A stretch of DNA of 64,000 bases, taken from Acidimicrobiia bacterium UBA2766 (GTDB lineage Bacteria > Actinomycetota > Acidimicrobiia > UBA2766). A model generated the notes under the pieces. That model had not been told where the DNA came from, did no database searches, and was given only the letters and a program-made list of their open reading frames with translations. Made by a program: the position numbers and the translations under genes. This document shows positions 48,801 through 59,762 of this stretch, one piece after another; the first letter of the stretch is position 1, and every line of letters begins with the position of its first letter. The DNA lies in assembly GCA_002352645.1 (NCBI GenBank), contig DEIU01000102.1, positions 22,761 to 86,760 on the forward strand. Reading direction: 5' to 3'.

Positions 48801-50654
48801 ATGACGGACTTGAGATCAAACACAGTCACCACAGGGCGAAACCAAGCAGGTGCCCGGGCCCTGCTGCGGGCCACGGGAATGCGTGAGCAAGATTTCGGAA
48901 AACCCATTGTCGCCGTGGCAAACAGTTTTACGCAGTTTGTTCCCGGACATGTACACCTGAAAGACCTTGGGCAGGTCGTCTGTACCTCTATCGCGGATGC
49001 TGGAGGTGTGGGGCGAGAATTCAACACGATCGCAGTTGATGACGGTATCGCGATGGGCCACGATGGCATGCTCTATTCACTTCCGAGTCGAGAGCTTATT
49101 GCCGATTCGGTGGAATACATGGTGAATGCCCATTGCGCGGATGCTCTGGTGTGTATTTCCAACTGTGACAAGATCACCCCAGGTATGCTCTTGGCTGCGT
49201 TGCGTCTCAATATTCCCACGGTTTTTGTGTCGGGGGGCCCGATGGAGGCCGGTAATTCTCGTGGGGGTGTCTTGCGGGCCTTGGACTTGATCCATCCCAT
49301 GATTGCTGCCACTGACGCCACGGTTTCCGACGAAGATTTACATCAAATGGAAGTCGATGCCTGTCCGACCTGCGGGTCTTGCTCCGGCATGTTTACCGCC
49401 AACTCCATGAACTGTCTTGTCGAGGCGCTTGGTCTCGGTTTGCCGGGAAATGGGACCCTTGTCGCGACTCATGCCGACCGGCGGGAACTCTTTGTCAAGG
49501 CAGGCCATACGATTGTGGACTTGGCGATTCGCTGCTATGAGAAACAAGATGACTCTGTTTTGCCGCGCCAAATTGCCGGCGAAGCTGCCTTCCGAAATGC
49601 GATGACGCTCGATATCGCAATGGGCGGGTCCACAAATACGGTGCTGCACATTTTGGCCGCTGCTGTTGAGGCGGGTGTGCCCTTCACCATGGCCGATATT
49701 GATGGTCTTTCTCGTGTCGTGCCATGTATCTGTAAGGTGGCGCCGAGTTCCGAATGGCATGTGGAAGATGTGCATCGCGCGGGGGGTATTCCTGGCATCC
49801 TGGGCGAGCTTGCGCGCGCTGATCTGCTTGATCTTGCTGCGGGGACGATCCATTCGCCTTCTATGGCCGATTTTTTGCGGGACTGGGACATCCTGTCGAA
49901 GGACGTCCTGGGTGAAGCGCAGGATCTCTATAGTGCTGCTCCTGGCGGGACGCGTACGATTGAGGCTTTTTCGCAAAACGCGAAATGGCCCTCGCTTGAC
50001 ACCGATCGCGAAAACGGCGTGATCCGAAGTGTTGCACACGCCTTTAGTCCCGATGGTGGACTGGCTATTTTGTACGGGAATATTGCCGAAGACGGTTGCA
50101 TTGTCAAGACTGCCGGCGTCGAGAAAGAAAATCTTGTGCATGCGGGTCCGGCGCGGGTTTTTGATACCCAAGAAGAGGCAGTTGCTGCGATTACGGAGGA
50201 TAGGATGCAGGCGGGTGATGTGATTGTCATCCGTTATGAAGGTCCCCGTGGCGGCCCGGGTATGCAAGAAATGCTCTATCCCACTTCTTTTCTCAAGGGC
50301 AAGGGACTCGGAAAAAAATGTGCGCTTATTACTGATGGGCGCTTTTCCGGTGGAACCTCGGGCCTTTCCATAGGACATGTATCTCCAGAAGCTGCCGATG
50401 GTGGCGGGATTGCTCTCATATGTGAAGGTGACCGTATCGAAATTGATATTCCGGAACGGCGTATTCACCTTGCAGTCAGTGGCGAGGAACTGTCCTCGCG
50501 CCGTACCATGATGGAAGCGTCCGACCGCCCGTGGCAACCCGGTCCTCGTGACCGGAAAGTCTCGGCTGCGCTGCGCATGTACGCGGCGATGGCCACTTCG
50601 GCAGCGACAGGGGGTGTGCGAGACATTTCTCGCTTGGACGCCCTTCTCTCCTGA
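48801..50654 (+). CDS. ilvD: dihydroxy-acid dehydratase
   Basis: IlvD/EDD family (CDKITPG, Fe-S cysteines). ATG at 48801 with GAGGG RBS. Confidence 0.9.
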   Translation: MTDLRSNTVTTGRNQAGARALLRATGMREQDFGKPIVAVANSFTQFVPGHVHLKDLGQVVCTSIADAGGVGREFNTIAVDDGIAMGHDGMLYSLPSRELIADSVEYMVNAHCADALVCISNCDKITPGMLLAALRLNIPTVFVSGGPMEAGNSRGGVLRALDLIHPMIAATDATVSDEDLHQMEVDACPTCGSCSGMFTANSMNCLVEALGLGLPGNGTLVATHADRRELFVKAGHTIVDLAIRCYEKQDDSVLPRQIAGEAAFRNAMTLDIAMGGSTNTVLHILAAAVEAGVPFTMADIDGLSRVVPCICKVAPSSEWHVEDVHRAGGIPGILGELARADLLDLAAGTIHSPSMADFLRDWDILSKDVLGEAQDLYSAAPGGTRTIEAFSQNAKWPSLDTDRENGVIRSVAHAFSPDGGLAILYGNIAEDGCIVKTAGVEKENLVHAGPARVFDTQEEAVAAITEDRMQAGDVIVIRYEGPRGGPGMQEMLYPTSFLKGKGLGKKCALITDGRFSGGTSGLSIGHVSPEAADGGGIALICEGDRIEIDIPERRIHLAVSGEELSSRRTMMEASDRPWQPGPRDRKVSAALRMYAAMATSAATGGVRDISRLDALLS

Positions 50655-50695
50655 TCCTCTCCTGGCTCTCTCCTGACCGCTTTTTCGCAATACGG

Positions 50696-50730
50696 CGCGT
50701 CCCGCTACTGCGGGACGCGTTCTGCTTTTT
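50696..50730 (+). terminator. rho-independent terminator (GCGTCCCGC tact GCGGGACGC, then T-rich tail)
   Basis: A 9-bp GC-rich stem with a 4-nt loop and a TTCTGCTTTTT tail, 40 bp after the ilvD stop. Confidence 0.6.
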
Positions 50731-50923
50731 CTCCGTATACTCTGAGGTGTCCAGGAGTATTGTCTGCTCTGTTGGGGCCATGCCTTTTTCGGTATTTGCC
50801 GTGCTTTCCTGGGCGAGAAAAAGGCGAGAAACCCAATAAAAACTTTTCTCGAGAAGAGAGCAGTGCACGAACACTTCGCGGCTCCTCTAGCATGTCTGTA
50901 AAGTCGCTGCAGGGGGAGAGCGA

Positions 50924-52045
50924 ATGAGCGGGGATGCTGCCGCGTCCGGTTCTCGAGAAGAAGAACTTGTCGCACAAGAAAAATTTATCGATAGCGCAAT
51001 GCCTTTACGTGCGGGAGAGGAGCTTGCCACAAAAGCTCTTGAAGGGTTTTTGCAAGAGCGTTTGGCAGGGGCTGCCGGGACGCTTTCTATAGAGCAATTC
51101 CCCTCGGGACACTCTAATCTCACCTACTTGCTTCGTATGGGAGAAGACGAGTGGGTATTGCGTCGTCCTCCTTTTGGGGCGCAGGCGCGTGGGGGCCATG
51201 ATATGAGCCGGGAGTTTCGGGTGCTCTCCGGTCTTTATAATGTATATTCACTTGTACCGAAACCGTTGCTTTTTTCGGATGATGAGGATGTGCTCGACGC
51301 TCCTTTCTATGTGATGGAGCGTCTGCGCGGTGTGATTCTGCGTGCGACACCCCCGCCAGAGCTGGATCTGTCTCCGACAGTTGTACGACGACTTTCCGAG
51401 AATTTTGTTGACAACCTCGCGAGAATTCACACTCTGGATTACGAAGCCGCAGGTTTACGCGATTTGGGAAAACCCCAAGGGTATGTGCGCCGTCAGATCA
51501 CCGGCTGGATTGATCGATACGCTGTTGCGAAAACGGATGAGATTCCAGAGATGGAGCGCGTCGCTGCCTGGTTGGCAGAACGTGTGCCGACAGAGCGTGC
51601 AACCGGCATTATCCATAACGATTACAAGTACGACAATCTTGTGCTCGATCCCAATGATCTCACTCGTATTGTGGGAGTGCTTGATTGGGAAATGGCCACG
51701 CTTGGCGACCCGGTGATGGATCTTGCGTCTGCACTTTCCTATTGGATAGAAGCACGGGACTCGCCGGCTCTGGTTGCAGGGAGTATGGGGCCGACCCATT
51801 TGCCCGGCAGCCTCACGCGACGCGAAATCATCGCGCTCTACAGTGACAAGACCGGTATCGACGTCTCTGGGTTTGAGTATTACTACGTTTATGCCCTGTT
51901 CAAACTTGCAGTTGTTTTGCAGCAGATTTATACGCGTTTTGCAAAGGGATTCACGCAAGATGAGAGATTCCGCTCGCTTGGCGAACGGGTTGTGGTCTTT
52001 GCCGGTATTGCGGAGCGAGTGATAGAAGACCCGGCTGTATTCTGA
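50924..52045 (+). CDS. phosphotransferase-family kinase (APH fold; resembles the N-terminal kinase-like domain of ACAD10/11-type proteins)
   Basis: Brenner motif region HNDYKYDN. DWE motif (LDWEMATLGDP). Strong RBS GGGGGAG. Confidence 0.75.
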   Translation: MSGDAAASGSREEELVAQEKFIDSAMPLRAGEELATKALEGFLQERLAGAAGTLSIEQFPSGHSNLTYLLRMGEDEWVLRRPPFGAQARGGHDMSREFRVLSGLYNVYSLVPKPLLFSDDEDVLDAPFYVMERLRGVILRATPPPELDLSPTVVRRLSENFVDNLARIHTLDYEAAGLRDLGKPQGYVRRQITGWIDRYAVAKTDEIPEMERVAAWLAERVPTERATGIIHNDYKYDNLVLDPNDLTRIVGVLDWEMATLGDPVMDLASALSYWIEARDSPALVAGSMGPTHLPGSLTRREIIALYSDKTGIDVSGFEYYYVYALFKLAVVLQQIYTRFAKGFTQDERFRSLGERVVVFAGIAERVIEDPAVF

Positions 52046-52242
52046 AGAAATATGCTGGAAAGCGACCCCAAGCCGTGTGAAAGTTTTCCTGAAAAACCGA
52101 CGTTGGGCATTTCAGGGCGAGAAAACCTCTGAGAACGCCCTGAAACTTTCTGTGTGGTGGCGAGGAGAGAATTCTCTCCTCGCCACTGGTTCTCTCGCTG
52201 TTCCTCTCTGGTGTTCTCCCCAAAGGTCGTGTAGTGCTGTGT

Positions 52243-53139
52243 TCAGTCGTGCGGAATGACAAGCACAGGACAGGGTGCCGCGTGTGCAATACGGTCTGCC
52301 ACAGATCCCAGGAAGAACCGTTCGATCAGGCTTACTCCTCGCCCCCCAATGACGAGAATGTCAACTTCTCGATTGGTGGCTTCCTGCACGATCTGTGTGG
52401 CGGGGCTGCCCTCAACAATGACTTGTTCGTGTGCAACGCCGAGATCATTCAGAGTTTCACTTGCGGAGTCGAGCACTGCTTTTGCGGCCTCGCTCAACAG
52501 TTGTCCGTAATCCTCGTCAAGGGGAATAGGGGCCAAGGCATAAGGAGGTGAAACTATGTGTATTGTGTAGAGTTTGCTTTGGAATGCTTTGGCGAGTTTG
52601 CTTGCCTCAAGAATTGCGGCTTTGGCGTTTTCTGATCCGTCGGTGGCGACCATCACTCGTGAGATATCAAGGTGGGCAGTGTTCTCTTCGGGTTCGGGCG
52701 CCAAAAGTACAGGCACCGTAGCTTTATGAACAATGCGGTCTGCGACCGATCCCATAAAGATCCGTTCGAGGGCAGAGACGCCGCGGTGCCCGATCACAAT
52801 CATCGAGACGTTGCGTTTTTTCGCTTCATTGAGCAGGGCAGAGGCAGGAGCCCCTTGTAGGAGGACTGTCTCGCACGAGACGCCTGCTTGATCGAGAGCT
52901 TCTTTTCCTTTCTTTAAAATGTGTGTGCCGACATTCTCGAGATAAGAGGGGATTTCTTCTGGGACGGGCATCATGTCGGCAGCAAGCGAAATAGGAAGCG
53001 TGGACACGTGGACAAGAACAACTTGCATGTCCAAATGCTGTGCGATCCTGATAGCAAGGTCGAGGGCTGCTTGCGCGCCGGTGGATCCATCAGTTCCAAG
53101 GAGGAGGGTGTTGGGCATGTTCTGCCTTTCTTTTTCCAT
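52243..53139 (-). CDS. universal stress protein, tandem UspA domains
   Basis: Two Usp modules, each ending in G-x2-G-x9-G(S/T) (IGHRGVSALERIFMGSVAD and IGGRGVSLIERFFLGSVAD). Alternative ATG at 53118. Confidence 0.8.
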   Translation of the reverse strand: MEKERQNMPNTLLLGTDGSTGAQAALDLAIRIAQHLDMQVVLVHVSTLPISLAADMMPVPEEIPSYLENVGTHILKKGKEALDQAGVSCETVLLQGAPASALLNEAKKRNVSMIVIGHRGVSALERIFMGSVADRIVHKATVPVLLAPEPEENTAHLDISRVMVATDGSENAKAAILEASKLAKAFQSKLYTIHIVSPPYALAPIPLDEDYGQLLSEAAKAVLDSASETLNDLGVAHEQVIVEGSPATQIVQEATNREVDILVIGGRGVSLIERFFLGSVADRIAHAAPCPVLVIPHD

Positions 53140-53349
53140 ACTTGTCGAGCGCTTGTGGCTATTAGTGGGAATGCAATCGGAGAAAAGAGAATGTGCGTCG
53201 AGAATTTATCCTCGATCAACAGCCAAGCTCATTCTCCTGTTTTCCTGATATTCTGCGGGCTTGGAGAAAAAGATTTCCTCTTTTCCCGGGAGAAAGATGG
53301 ATTGCAGATTGGTATTTGTGTTTAGTGGGAATTCTCGCATTGAGATGTT

Positions 53350-54141
53350 GTGAGAGAGGAACGCGTTACGTCTGAGCATGGTCTTTTTCTTTTTGACAAC
53401 GTACGAGTTGTTGTTGAGACAAAGGTTGAGAACGGTCCGTTCTGTGAGAAGACACTGCTTGATGTGAATATCAGATTGCCAGAGAAGTCAATCAGCATTG
53501 TGGTGGGTCCGTCGGGATCAGGGAAAACCACTTTGCTTCGTCTTTGTAATTGTTTGAGTGTTCCCACGTCTGGAAGAGTGCTGTTTCGTGGTGTTCCCCT
53601 TGCGAAACTGAATCCGTTGCATCATCGTCGCCAGGTGGGATGGGTGCCTCAACGCATGGTGCCTTTTCCCGGGACAGTTCGTGACAATCTCCTTGTGGCC
53701 CAGCCGGAGGGTACCGATCCTAATTTTGCTGTACTCCTCGAACGTTGCGCACTCGATCCAAACTGCTTGGATCGAGTCGCTGATGCATTGTCCGGGGGAG
53801 AGCTGCAGCGGCTTGTTCTCTGTCGGGCACTTGCCACACAACCAGAAGTCCTTTTACTCGACGAGCCGACTTCGGCGCTTGACCCGGTGCGTCGGGACGT
53901 CATAGAGCATACGCTTCGGACTTTTGTTGCAGAAGGAGGCGCTGGAGTGTGGGTTACCCATGATTTTGCGCAAGCACGACGGATGGGGGATTTTCTGGTT
54001 GCCCTTGTTGAGGGTCGATGTGTGTTCCATGGCGCGCCAGAGGCTTTTTTTGCTCTCGCGGGAGGGGAAATGGAGTCGGGCAAAGATCTGGGGAGCCAGG
54101 CTGCAGCCCGTTTTTTGACAGAAAAGAATCTTACGGAATAA
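53350..54141 (+). CDS. ABC transporter ATP-binding protein (FetA/YbbL-like)
   Basis: Walker A GPSGSGKTT. Signature LSGGELQRL. Walker B LLLDEPTSALD. Confidence 0.85.
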   Translation: MREERVTSEHGLFLFDNVRVVVETKVENGPFCEKTLLDVNIRLPEKSISIVVGPSGSGKTTLLRLCNCLSVPTSGRVLFRGVPLAKLNPLHHRRQVGWVPQRMVPFPGTVRDNLLVAQPEGTDPNFAVLLERCALDPNCLDRVADALSGGELQRLVLCRALATQPEVLLLDEPTSALDPVRRDVIEHTLRTFVAEGGAGVWVTHDFAQARRMGDFLVALVEGRCVFHGAPEAFFALAGGEMESGKDLGSQAAARFLTEKNLTE

Positions 54142-54215
54142 GACACTTCTGTGGCGACATTGTGGTTTGTGGTGAGATTGTCACATACGAATTTCAGCGC
54201 AGAGGAAGTGTCGAA

Positions 54216-54989
54216 GTGAGTGGTGAAGTCAGTGTTCTGGGCCTGGTAATATCTCTGCTTTTTGTTGTTTTGCCAGTTGTCTTGTCTTTTGTTCACCGTT
54301 TGGCGCTTGCGCGTTCTGTGCTGGGGGCGGTGATACGTGCCTTGGTTCAGCTCACTGCAGCCGGCGCGTTGCTTGTGTTTGTGTTTGAATCGGATACTTC
54401 TTTGCTCTGGTCGTGGGTGTGGGGAGGAGGGATGATCCTGTTCGCTGCATACACGGTATATCGTCGTGCTCCCGAGGTGCCGGGGATGTTTTTTATTGGA
54501 CTGAGAGCTTTTACATTTGCGGCGATAGTGACCTGGGGAGTGTTGTTTGGGTTCGCTATTGTGGAGATATCGCCCATGACCATCGTCCCTTTGACTGGGA
54601 TGATGATAGGAAATTCTTTGAATGCGCTTGTGCTTGTCGCTCGAGCGGCAGCAGAAGGAGTGCGAGAAAATCGTGACGAGATCGAAGCGCGTCTCGCTTT
54701 GGGTCTTTCTTCGGTTGACGCCGCTCGTCCTGTGTTGCGGCGGGCCTTGCGGACAGGGCTTACTCCACAGATCGAGACCTTGAGAGCACTGGGAGTGGTT
54801 TACCTGCCGGGAGCGATGACTGGCCTGATATTGGCCGGCATGTCCCCTTTTTCTGCAGTGAGAATGCAGCTTGTTATCATGTACATGGTGCTGGGTGCGA
54901 CTTGTACAAATGTGACAGTGGCAGGGATAGGTGTTATCCGTAAAAGTTTTACTACCGATCATCGTTTGGCACCACACATTTTTCGCTAA
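54216..54989 (+). CDS. ABC transporter permease, UPF0014/FetB(YbbM)-like
   Basis: About 8 hydrophobic helices. Adjacent to the ATPase. GTG at 54216 with GGAAG RBS; the ORF track begins at 54018, inside the ATPase gene. Confidence 0.6.
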   Translation: MSGEVSVLGLVISLLFVVLPVVLSFVHRLALARSVLGAVIRALVQLTAAGALLVFVFESDTSLLWSWVWGGGMILFAAYTVYRRAPEVPGMFFIGLRAFTFAAIVTWGVLFGFAIVEISPMTIVPLTGMMIGNSLNALVLVARAAAEGVRENRDEIEARLALGLSSVDAARPVLRRALRTGLTPQIETLRALGVVYLPGAMTGLILAGMSPFSAVRMQLVIMYMVLGATCTNVTVAGIGVIRKSFTTDHRLAPHIFR

Positions 54990-55561
54990 GAACAAGAATA
55001 AAGGGGATGGTTTCCGAGAACTACCTGGCAGAATTTTTTCTTTTGTGTTCTTCTCTGGATGCTTAGCTGTCCTGTGTTCCTTGTTGAGAAAAATGGGGGG
55101 AGAATGTATGTGGGTATGCCGTGAAAATCGATGTTTTATGTGCGTGCGCGAGAGAGGGGCAAAACCGGTTGCCTGCACCACGAAGGCGGATGGTTTTACC
55201 CCTCTCCAAGGAGTCATTGTGCCAAGGGACATCTTGTCGTAAGTTACGACATGACCAGGCGTCGACAGGAGCGTCGACAGAGTTCTTTGACTCCAGTTCT
55301 TGTGTGACTTCTATTCTCTTGTTCTGCACGAAGGTTTTTCCAGGGCGAAAGACCCCTATCGCCTAGGTCTCTTGTCCTGAAAACGGCGAATCTTACGAAA
55401 TGTCATGAGTTTCTTATTTATTTCTGCAAATTTTCTAGGGCCTAAATTGTGGATTGAGAGTGAATGTGCCGTTTTTGGATGAAAGACTTATTCGAGGCAG
55501 GGATGAGTTTTCTCGCTATTTTCCTCCTATTGTTGTCATTCTGAATAATGTGAAGGGAAAA

Positions 55562-56431
55562 ATGCAGATGGAAGAAACTCCGGTAGCACCAGATTGGTAT
55601 CCAGATCCTTGGCGGCGTTTTGAATATCGCTATTTTGACGGTCAGGAATGGACGCAACACGTTTCCCGCCAAGGTCAGCAAGGCAGTGATCCTGTGGATG
55701 GCGGCACGGCACAGCCTGCGGCGAGTGTGGATGCGCTTGGCGAGGTCAATGCCCGAGCTCGCGAAAAAGTCCGCGAACAGGCAGGAAACGTTGTAGGGCA
55801 CACTCCAGGCTTTTCCCCTGATCCGGGCCCGCAGTCGCTGTTGACATCCCCGGTTCTTGTGGTGAATCAGAAGGCCAAACTGATTGAAGTAACGAACGAA
55901 TACGCGATTTTCGATCAGAATGGCAACCAGATTGGTTCTGTGCGGCAAGTCGGGCAGTCCTCGCTACGTAAAGTTGCCCGTGTGCTTTTCTCGGTCGACC
56001 AATATCTCACGCACCGATTGGCAGTGTGCGATGCGCGCGGCCAAGTTCTTTTGAACCTGACTCGACCTGCCAAATTCATTAAATCAAAGATTCTTGTGCG
56101 TGACGCTGCCGACCGTGAGATAGGCATTGTCCGTCAGGAGAATGCCATTGGCAAGATCCGTTTTGCGCTTGAATCAGGAGGCAGGCGATACGGAACCATT
56201 CAAGGAGAGAACTGGCGCGCCTGGAATTTTGGGATTGTGGATGAAACGGGTATGGAAATTGCTCGGATTACCAAAACCTGGGAAGGGCTTGCACGGACCC
56301 TGTTTACGACAGCCGATAATTATGTGGTGCAGATCCACCGTCCCCTTGAGGAGCCTTTGCGGAGTTTAGTTGTGGCGTCTGCCGTGAGTATTGATACTGC
56401 CTTGAAACAGGACGCTCGAGGATTTGGGTGA
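55562..56431 (+). CDS. DUF2510 N-terminal motif protein with scramblase/LOR (tubby-like)-fold C-terminal domain
   Basis: WYPDP...RYFDGQEWTQHV (DUF2510), then beta-rich repeats reminiscent of the PLSCR/LURP-one family. ATG at 55562 with GAAGGGA RBS. Confidence 0.5.
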   Translation: MQMEETPVAPDWYPDPWRRFEYRYFDGQEWTQHVSRQGQQGSDPVDGGTAQPAASVDALGEVNARAREKVREQAGNVVGHTPGFSPDPGPQSLLTSPVLVVNQKAKLIEVTNEYAIFDQNGNQIGSVRQVGQSSLRKVARVLFSVDQYLTHRLAVCDARGQVLLNLTRPAKFIKSKILVRDAADREIGIVRQENAIGKIRFALESGGRRYGTIQGENWRAWNFGIVDETGMEIARITKTWEGLARTLFTTADNYVVQIHRPLEEPLRSLVVASAVSIDTALKQDARGFG

Positions 56432-56772
56432 GAGAGTGGGGGTTCTGCGTGCTCAGCTTCCCTGTGGGGCGAAAAAGGGAGATGAGGACCCGAATATCCG
56501 CACCACAAAGATACCGGATCCTCATCCTTCCACATCTCCGAATGACGGCCTTTTCCTACCAATCATTGTCGTATAGTCGCTGACCAGAGCGGCTACACGG
56601 GAGCTTTTTTCCAGGGACGTTTCTTGAAAATGCTCTGCAACGAGTGAACGTTGTTTGCTTCTTTGTTCATTATCCTTGGAAGAAAAGGATTGCCGCAGGG
56701 TAAAAAGGCCTGTTTTGTCCTGGTGATAGTCCTGATCCGATGGCTTTTTTGCGGTGTTGTTCTGATGTTGTT

Positions 56773-57348
56773 CTAGGGTTGAAGGGGCGGATTTTGCGGG
56801 GGTATTCGTTTGATGCGCATACCTGTTTCCATTTCGACCCCGCTCTTTATCAGAACGAGGAAAGCAATGATGTAGGAAAGAGGCTGGTACAAAATGCCAA
56901 CTTCGCCGCTGCAGACACCACTGCTGAATCCACACGTGAAGAGAAAATCTACCCCTGTCCCAAAGAGCGCGACCACTGCTGACATGGTGATACCGAGAAA
57001 ACCGAGAGAATAAAGGCGTCTGCCTGCTGCGGCCCGTTTCTTGTGTTCCATTGTGGGGAAACCTCGTAACCCCCATGAAACCCGCAGCGCTGGGAGAACC
57101 GAGACGCTTGCCAAAAGGATGAACCAGCTTCCGCTCCCTGCCTGGTCAGAGAAAAACGTGTTGCCTGTCTCTGAGGGAGTAATCGCGAAGTCGGCGAGAA
57201 CGTAGCAAAAGCCCGCAGCGAGGAGGAGGGCTGTTGTGCTATCAAGCACTGCCCGAAAACCGGCCATAGGCGCCGTTTGATCAGGTTCTCTTGTGGCAGA
57301 CGGCTGTGTTGCATTTTTTTTCTCGCTTTGCGGAGCGATAACAGCCAT
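56773..57348 (-). CDS. hypothetical membrane protein
   Basis: Four or more hydrophobic helices. No motif. Confidence 0.4.
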   Translation of the reverse strand: MAVIAPQSEKKNATQPSATREPDQTAPMAGFRAVLDSTTALLLAAGFCYVLADFAITPSETGNTFFSDQAGSGSWFILLASVSVLPALRVSWGLRGFPTMEHKKRAAAGRRLYSLGFLGITMSAVVALFGTGVDFLFTCGFSSGVCSGEVGILYQPLSYIIAFLVLIKSGVEMETGMRIKRIPPQNPPLQP

Positions 57349-57709
57349 GCGAAAGGTGTCCTTTCGGAAAAATATGGTTTGAGGGCGCTCGATGGAAGTC
57401 CCTGGATTCTTCTCCGCAGACTTATGGCCCTTTTCCGGTTGTAAGCCTGATAACCTAGGTGTTTTTACTGTGGAAGTTGCCGGTTTTGCTCGATTTCCCG
57501 GGTGAAAAGCCTCTCCGGCAGTTTTTTATCCTTCATGCTATGTATCTTGCTGTCGATTTGTTGTGGGAAGACCATGTGGTCCGGTGGGAGATAGGGCATG
57601 TGGCCTAGAGAGAACAAGGGACAGATGACCCTGGCTGTTTCATGCGGAAAGCGCACTTGTCTTTTTGTCAAATACCTTACAGTGCTGGTAGACGCACATA
57701 TTTTCGCTA

Positions 57710-57949
57710 TTGAAAAAGGAAATTGCTGAAGTGTACGCGAAGAACACTGCTTTGTACTCGCTCTTGACCACTTCCTCTTGTAAGGATATGGACGTCAACC
57801 TGGAAAAGAGAAAACAGGACGCAGTTGACACCGACGTTGACAATGCAGTGCAAGCGTATGCTCCGAAAGAAGACTTCGCTCTTTTGTCGAAAGAAGAAGC
57901 GCTACGTTTCTTGTCTGATTATGCATATTTCCATCGGTACGCGGCCTGA
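57710..57949 (+). CDS. hypothetical small protein (79 aa) in a lower-GC patch
   Basis: ORF only. Confidence 0.25.
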   Translation: MKKEIAEVYAKNTALYSLLTTSSCKDMDVNLEKRKQDAVDTDVDNAVQAYAPKEDFALLSKEEALRFLSDYAYFHRYAA

Positions 57950-58018
57950 AAGAAGTGTCCGTCGTCGAGGCTCTTGTTCCCATTCATTTCTGGGTGTGTG
58001 GCAGAACGCGAAAAACTG

Positions 58019-58636
58019 TCACAAGGGCGACGGGGGAACACGTTCTTCCTGGATTTCCCAGTTGATGATTTCTTCCATCGTCTCGGCAGCCGAGACACCT
58101 ACACCTTTCGCGTGCGTGCCAATCGTCACGACTAAAGTGATTTTTTCGGCTAATTGCCAGGTTGCCGTGTGAAATGATCCAAAGGCATTTTCCACTGTAC
58201 TTGTGTGGAATGTGTAGCCGGCATGGCTGTGTGAGCTGACGTCCTTGACTTCTCCGGGCGTCGTCCCAAAAAAGGCAATCTGTTGGGATCGTTTTTCGTC
58301 CTTGGTCTTTGTTGTCGCGACGATGATGAGACCATTCCGCCCGTATTCGATGTCGCGTCCGATGTCCGCGATGAGGAGATCTTCGACCCAATTCTCCACG
58401 CCGAAACCTGATGCTGCTTCGTTGAAAATCCTTTGGTTGCGACTTGGTGTGCGTTTAATGATGCGATGTTTCCCAAGACGCTCTGGGACGTAGCGTGCCA
58501 GGCTGTCTGCAGATGGTTCTCTGTCCGTGCTGCACCCAAATGATAGGCAGCTGAGCAGGATGAGAAGCAGAGTGGAGCCAATGGCGTGTTTTCTTGTGTT
58601 TCGGTTGCCCTTTTTCCTGATGGTCCTGCTGTTCAT
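58019..58636 (-). CDS. putative lipoprotein
   Basis: Signal peptide with lipobox-like LLSC / SFGC. Confidence 0.5.
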   Translation of the reverse strand: MNSRTIRKKGNRNTRKHAIGSTLLLILLSCLSFGCSTDREPSADSLARYVPERLGKHRIIKRTPSRNQRIFNEAASGFGVENWVEDLLIADIGRDIEYGRNGLIIVATTKTKDEKRSQQIAFFGTTPGEVKDVSSHSHAGYTFHTSTVENAFGSFHTATWQLAEKITLVVTIGTHAKGVGVSAAETMEEIINWEIQEERVPPSPL

Positions 58637-59034
58637 CTCGTCATAGTAGAAGCTTTATCCGTTTTAGCCGTAAGCGTGGTATCGCGCGCTTTCCTTGGCG
58701 TTTTTCCCGGTCTTTTGTCGCGGGGTTTTGTGTGGAGATACGAGACCCGGAGCGAGGAGATCTGTGCGGGTTGAGCAGAATCGTGGGACAGGAGAGAGCA
58801 GCTGTGAGAGCGTACTGGCTCTGTAAAAATTACACCGCCCAATAACAGTCATATTCCCTAGCAAAAGGCGTAAATACCTACGAATCATTTTCGATTACAG
58901 GAACAAAGCACTTGTGAAGTTTGGTCTGTCAGGTACTGCCCGCCTTTTCTGGTAGGGGGTCTGCCTGGCAAGCGATGCAATAGTTGGAGGTCGATCATGT
59001 CAACTCACTGCCTGGAACCAGGCGAAATAGCTAA

Positions 59035-59523
59035 TTACCGTCGGTTTCTGAACTGTACTGGGAAGTCCAGACTTGCTTCTTGTATAGCTTGCATGACGGT
59101 TTGCAGATCATCTTTCTTTTTGCCGGAAACGCGCACATGGTCACTCTGGTAGCTTCCCTGGACCTTGAGTTTCAAGCGTTTGATGAGACCTGTGATTTGC
59201 TTGCCTTTTTCTTTGTCGATACCCGCAAGCAGCTGTGCTGTTTGCTTGACTGTTCCTCCGCCGGCACTTTCTACCTTGCCGATATCGAGAACTTTTTGTG
59301 AAACTTTCCGCTTGGCAAGCCGTTCCATGAGTACCGTGAGCGCTGCTTCGATTCGGGCCTCTGTTGTGGACTGCAGGGTGATCGTGTCTTGGCCGAGAAT
59401 TATTGAAGTGTCAGTGTTTTTGAAATCGTAACGGCTTGATATTTCTCGTTGGGCTTGGTCAACGGCATTGCGTACCTCTTGGTAGTCAATTTCGGAAACA
59501 ATGTCGAAAGATGGGTCTGGCAT
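59035..59523 (-). CDS. YajQ-family (UPF0234) nucleotide-binding protein
   Basis: MPDPSFDIVSEIDYQEVRNAVDQA... canonical YajQ N-terminus, 162 aa. Confidence 0.8.
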   Translation of the reverse strand: MPDPSFDIVSEIDYQEVRNAVDQAQREISSRYDFKNTDTSIILGQDTITLQSTTEARIEAALTVLMERLAKRKVSQKVLDIGKVESAGGGTVKQTAQLLAGIDKEKGKQITGLIKRLKLKVQGSYQSDHVRVSGKKKDDLQTVMQAIQEASLDFPVQFRNRR

Positions 59524-59762
59524 TTCGGCGAACCTTGCTGATCGCGGGAGACAAGCGTCTGCACGCTGTCAACTGCTCGGTGAGCGGTGTCTGGTCTTCG
59601 GCGGACATGGTATCGCTCTACGGTTGCATATGCCTGATGAATGGCCCGAGTAGAGAGAAAAAGCACGCTTTTCCTGTTCTCTCGCGTTCGTTGTTTTTTG
59701 GTCGGCGCGGACAAGGGTTCTTTTCCGTATCCGAGTTTTTATTCCGGCACTATGGTGATTCG

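Noticed and set aside
54018-54215. N-terminal extension of the permease ORF
   Set aside because: Overlaps the 3' end of the ABC ATPase gene in another frame. A GTG with RBS at 54216 fits better.
53649-55232. 527-aa minus-strand ORF
   Set aside because: Antisense to the ABC ATPase and permease pair. Ser/Arg/His-rich with no motifs.
59436-59762. N-terminal extension of the DUF368 ORF
   Set aside because: Overlaps yajQ antisense. The conserved DUF368 sequence begins at the ATG at 59763.
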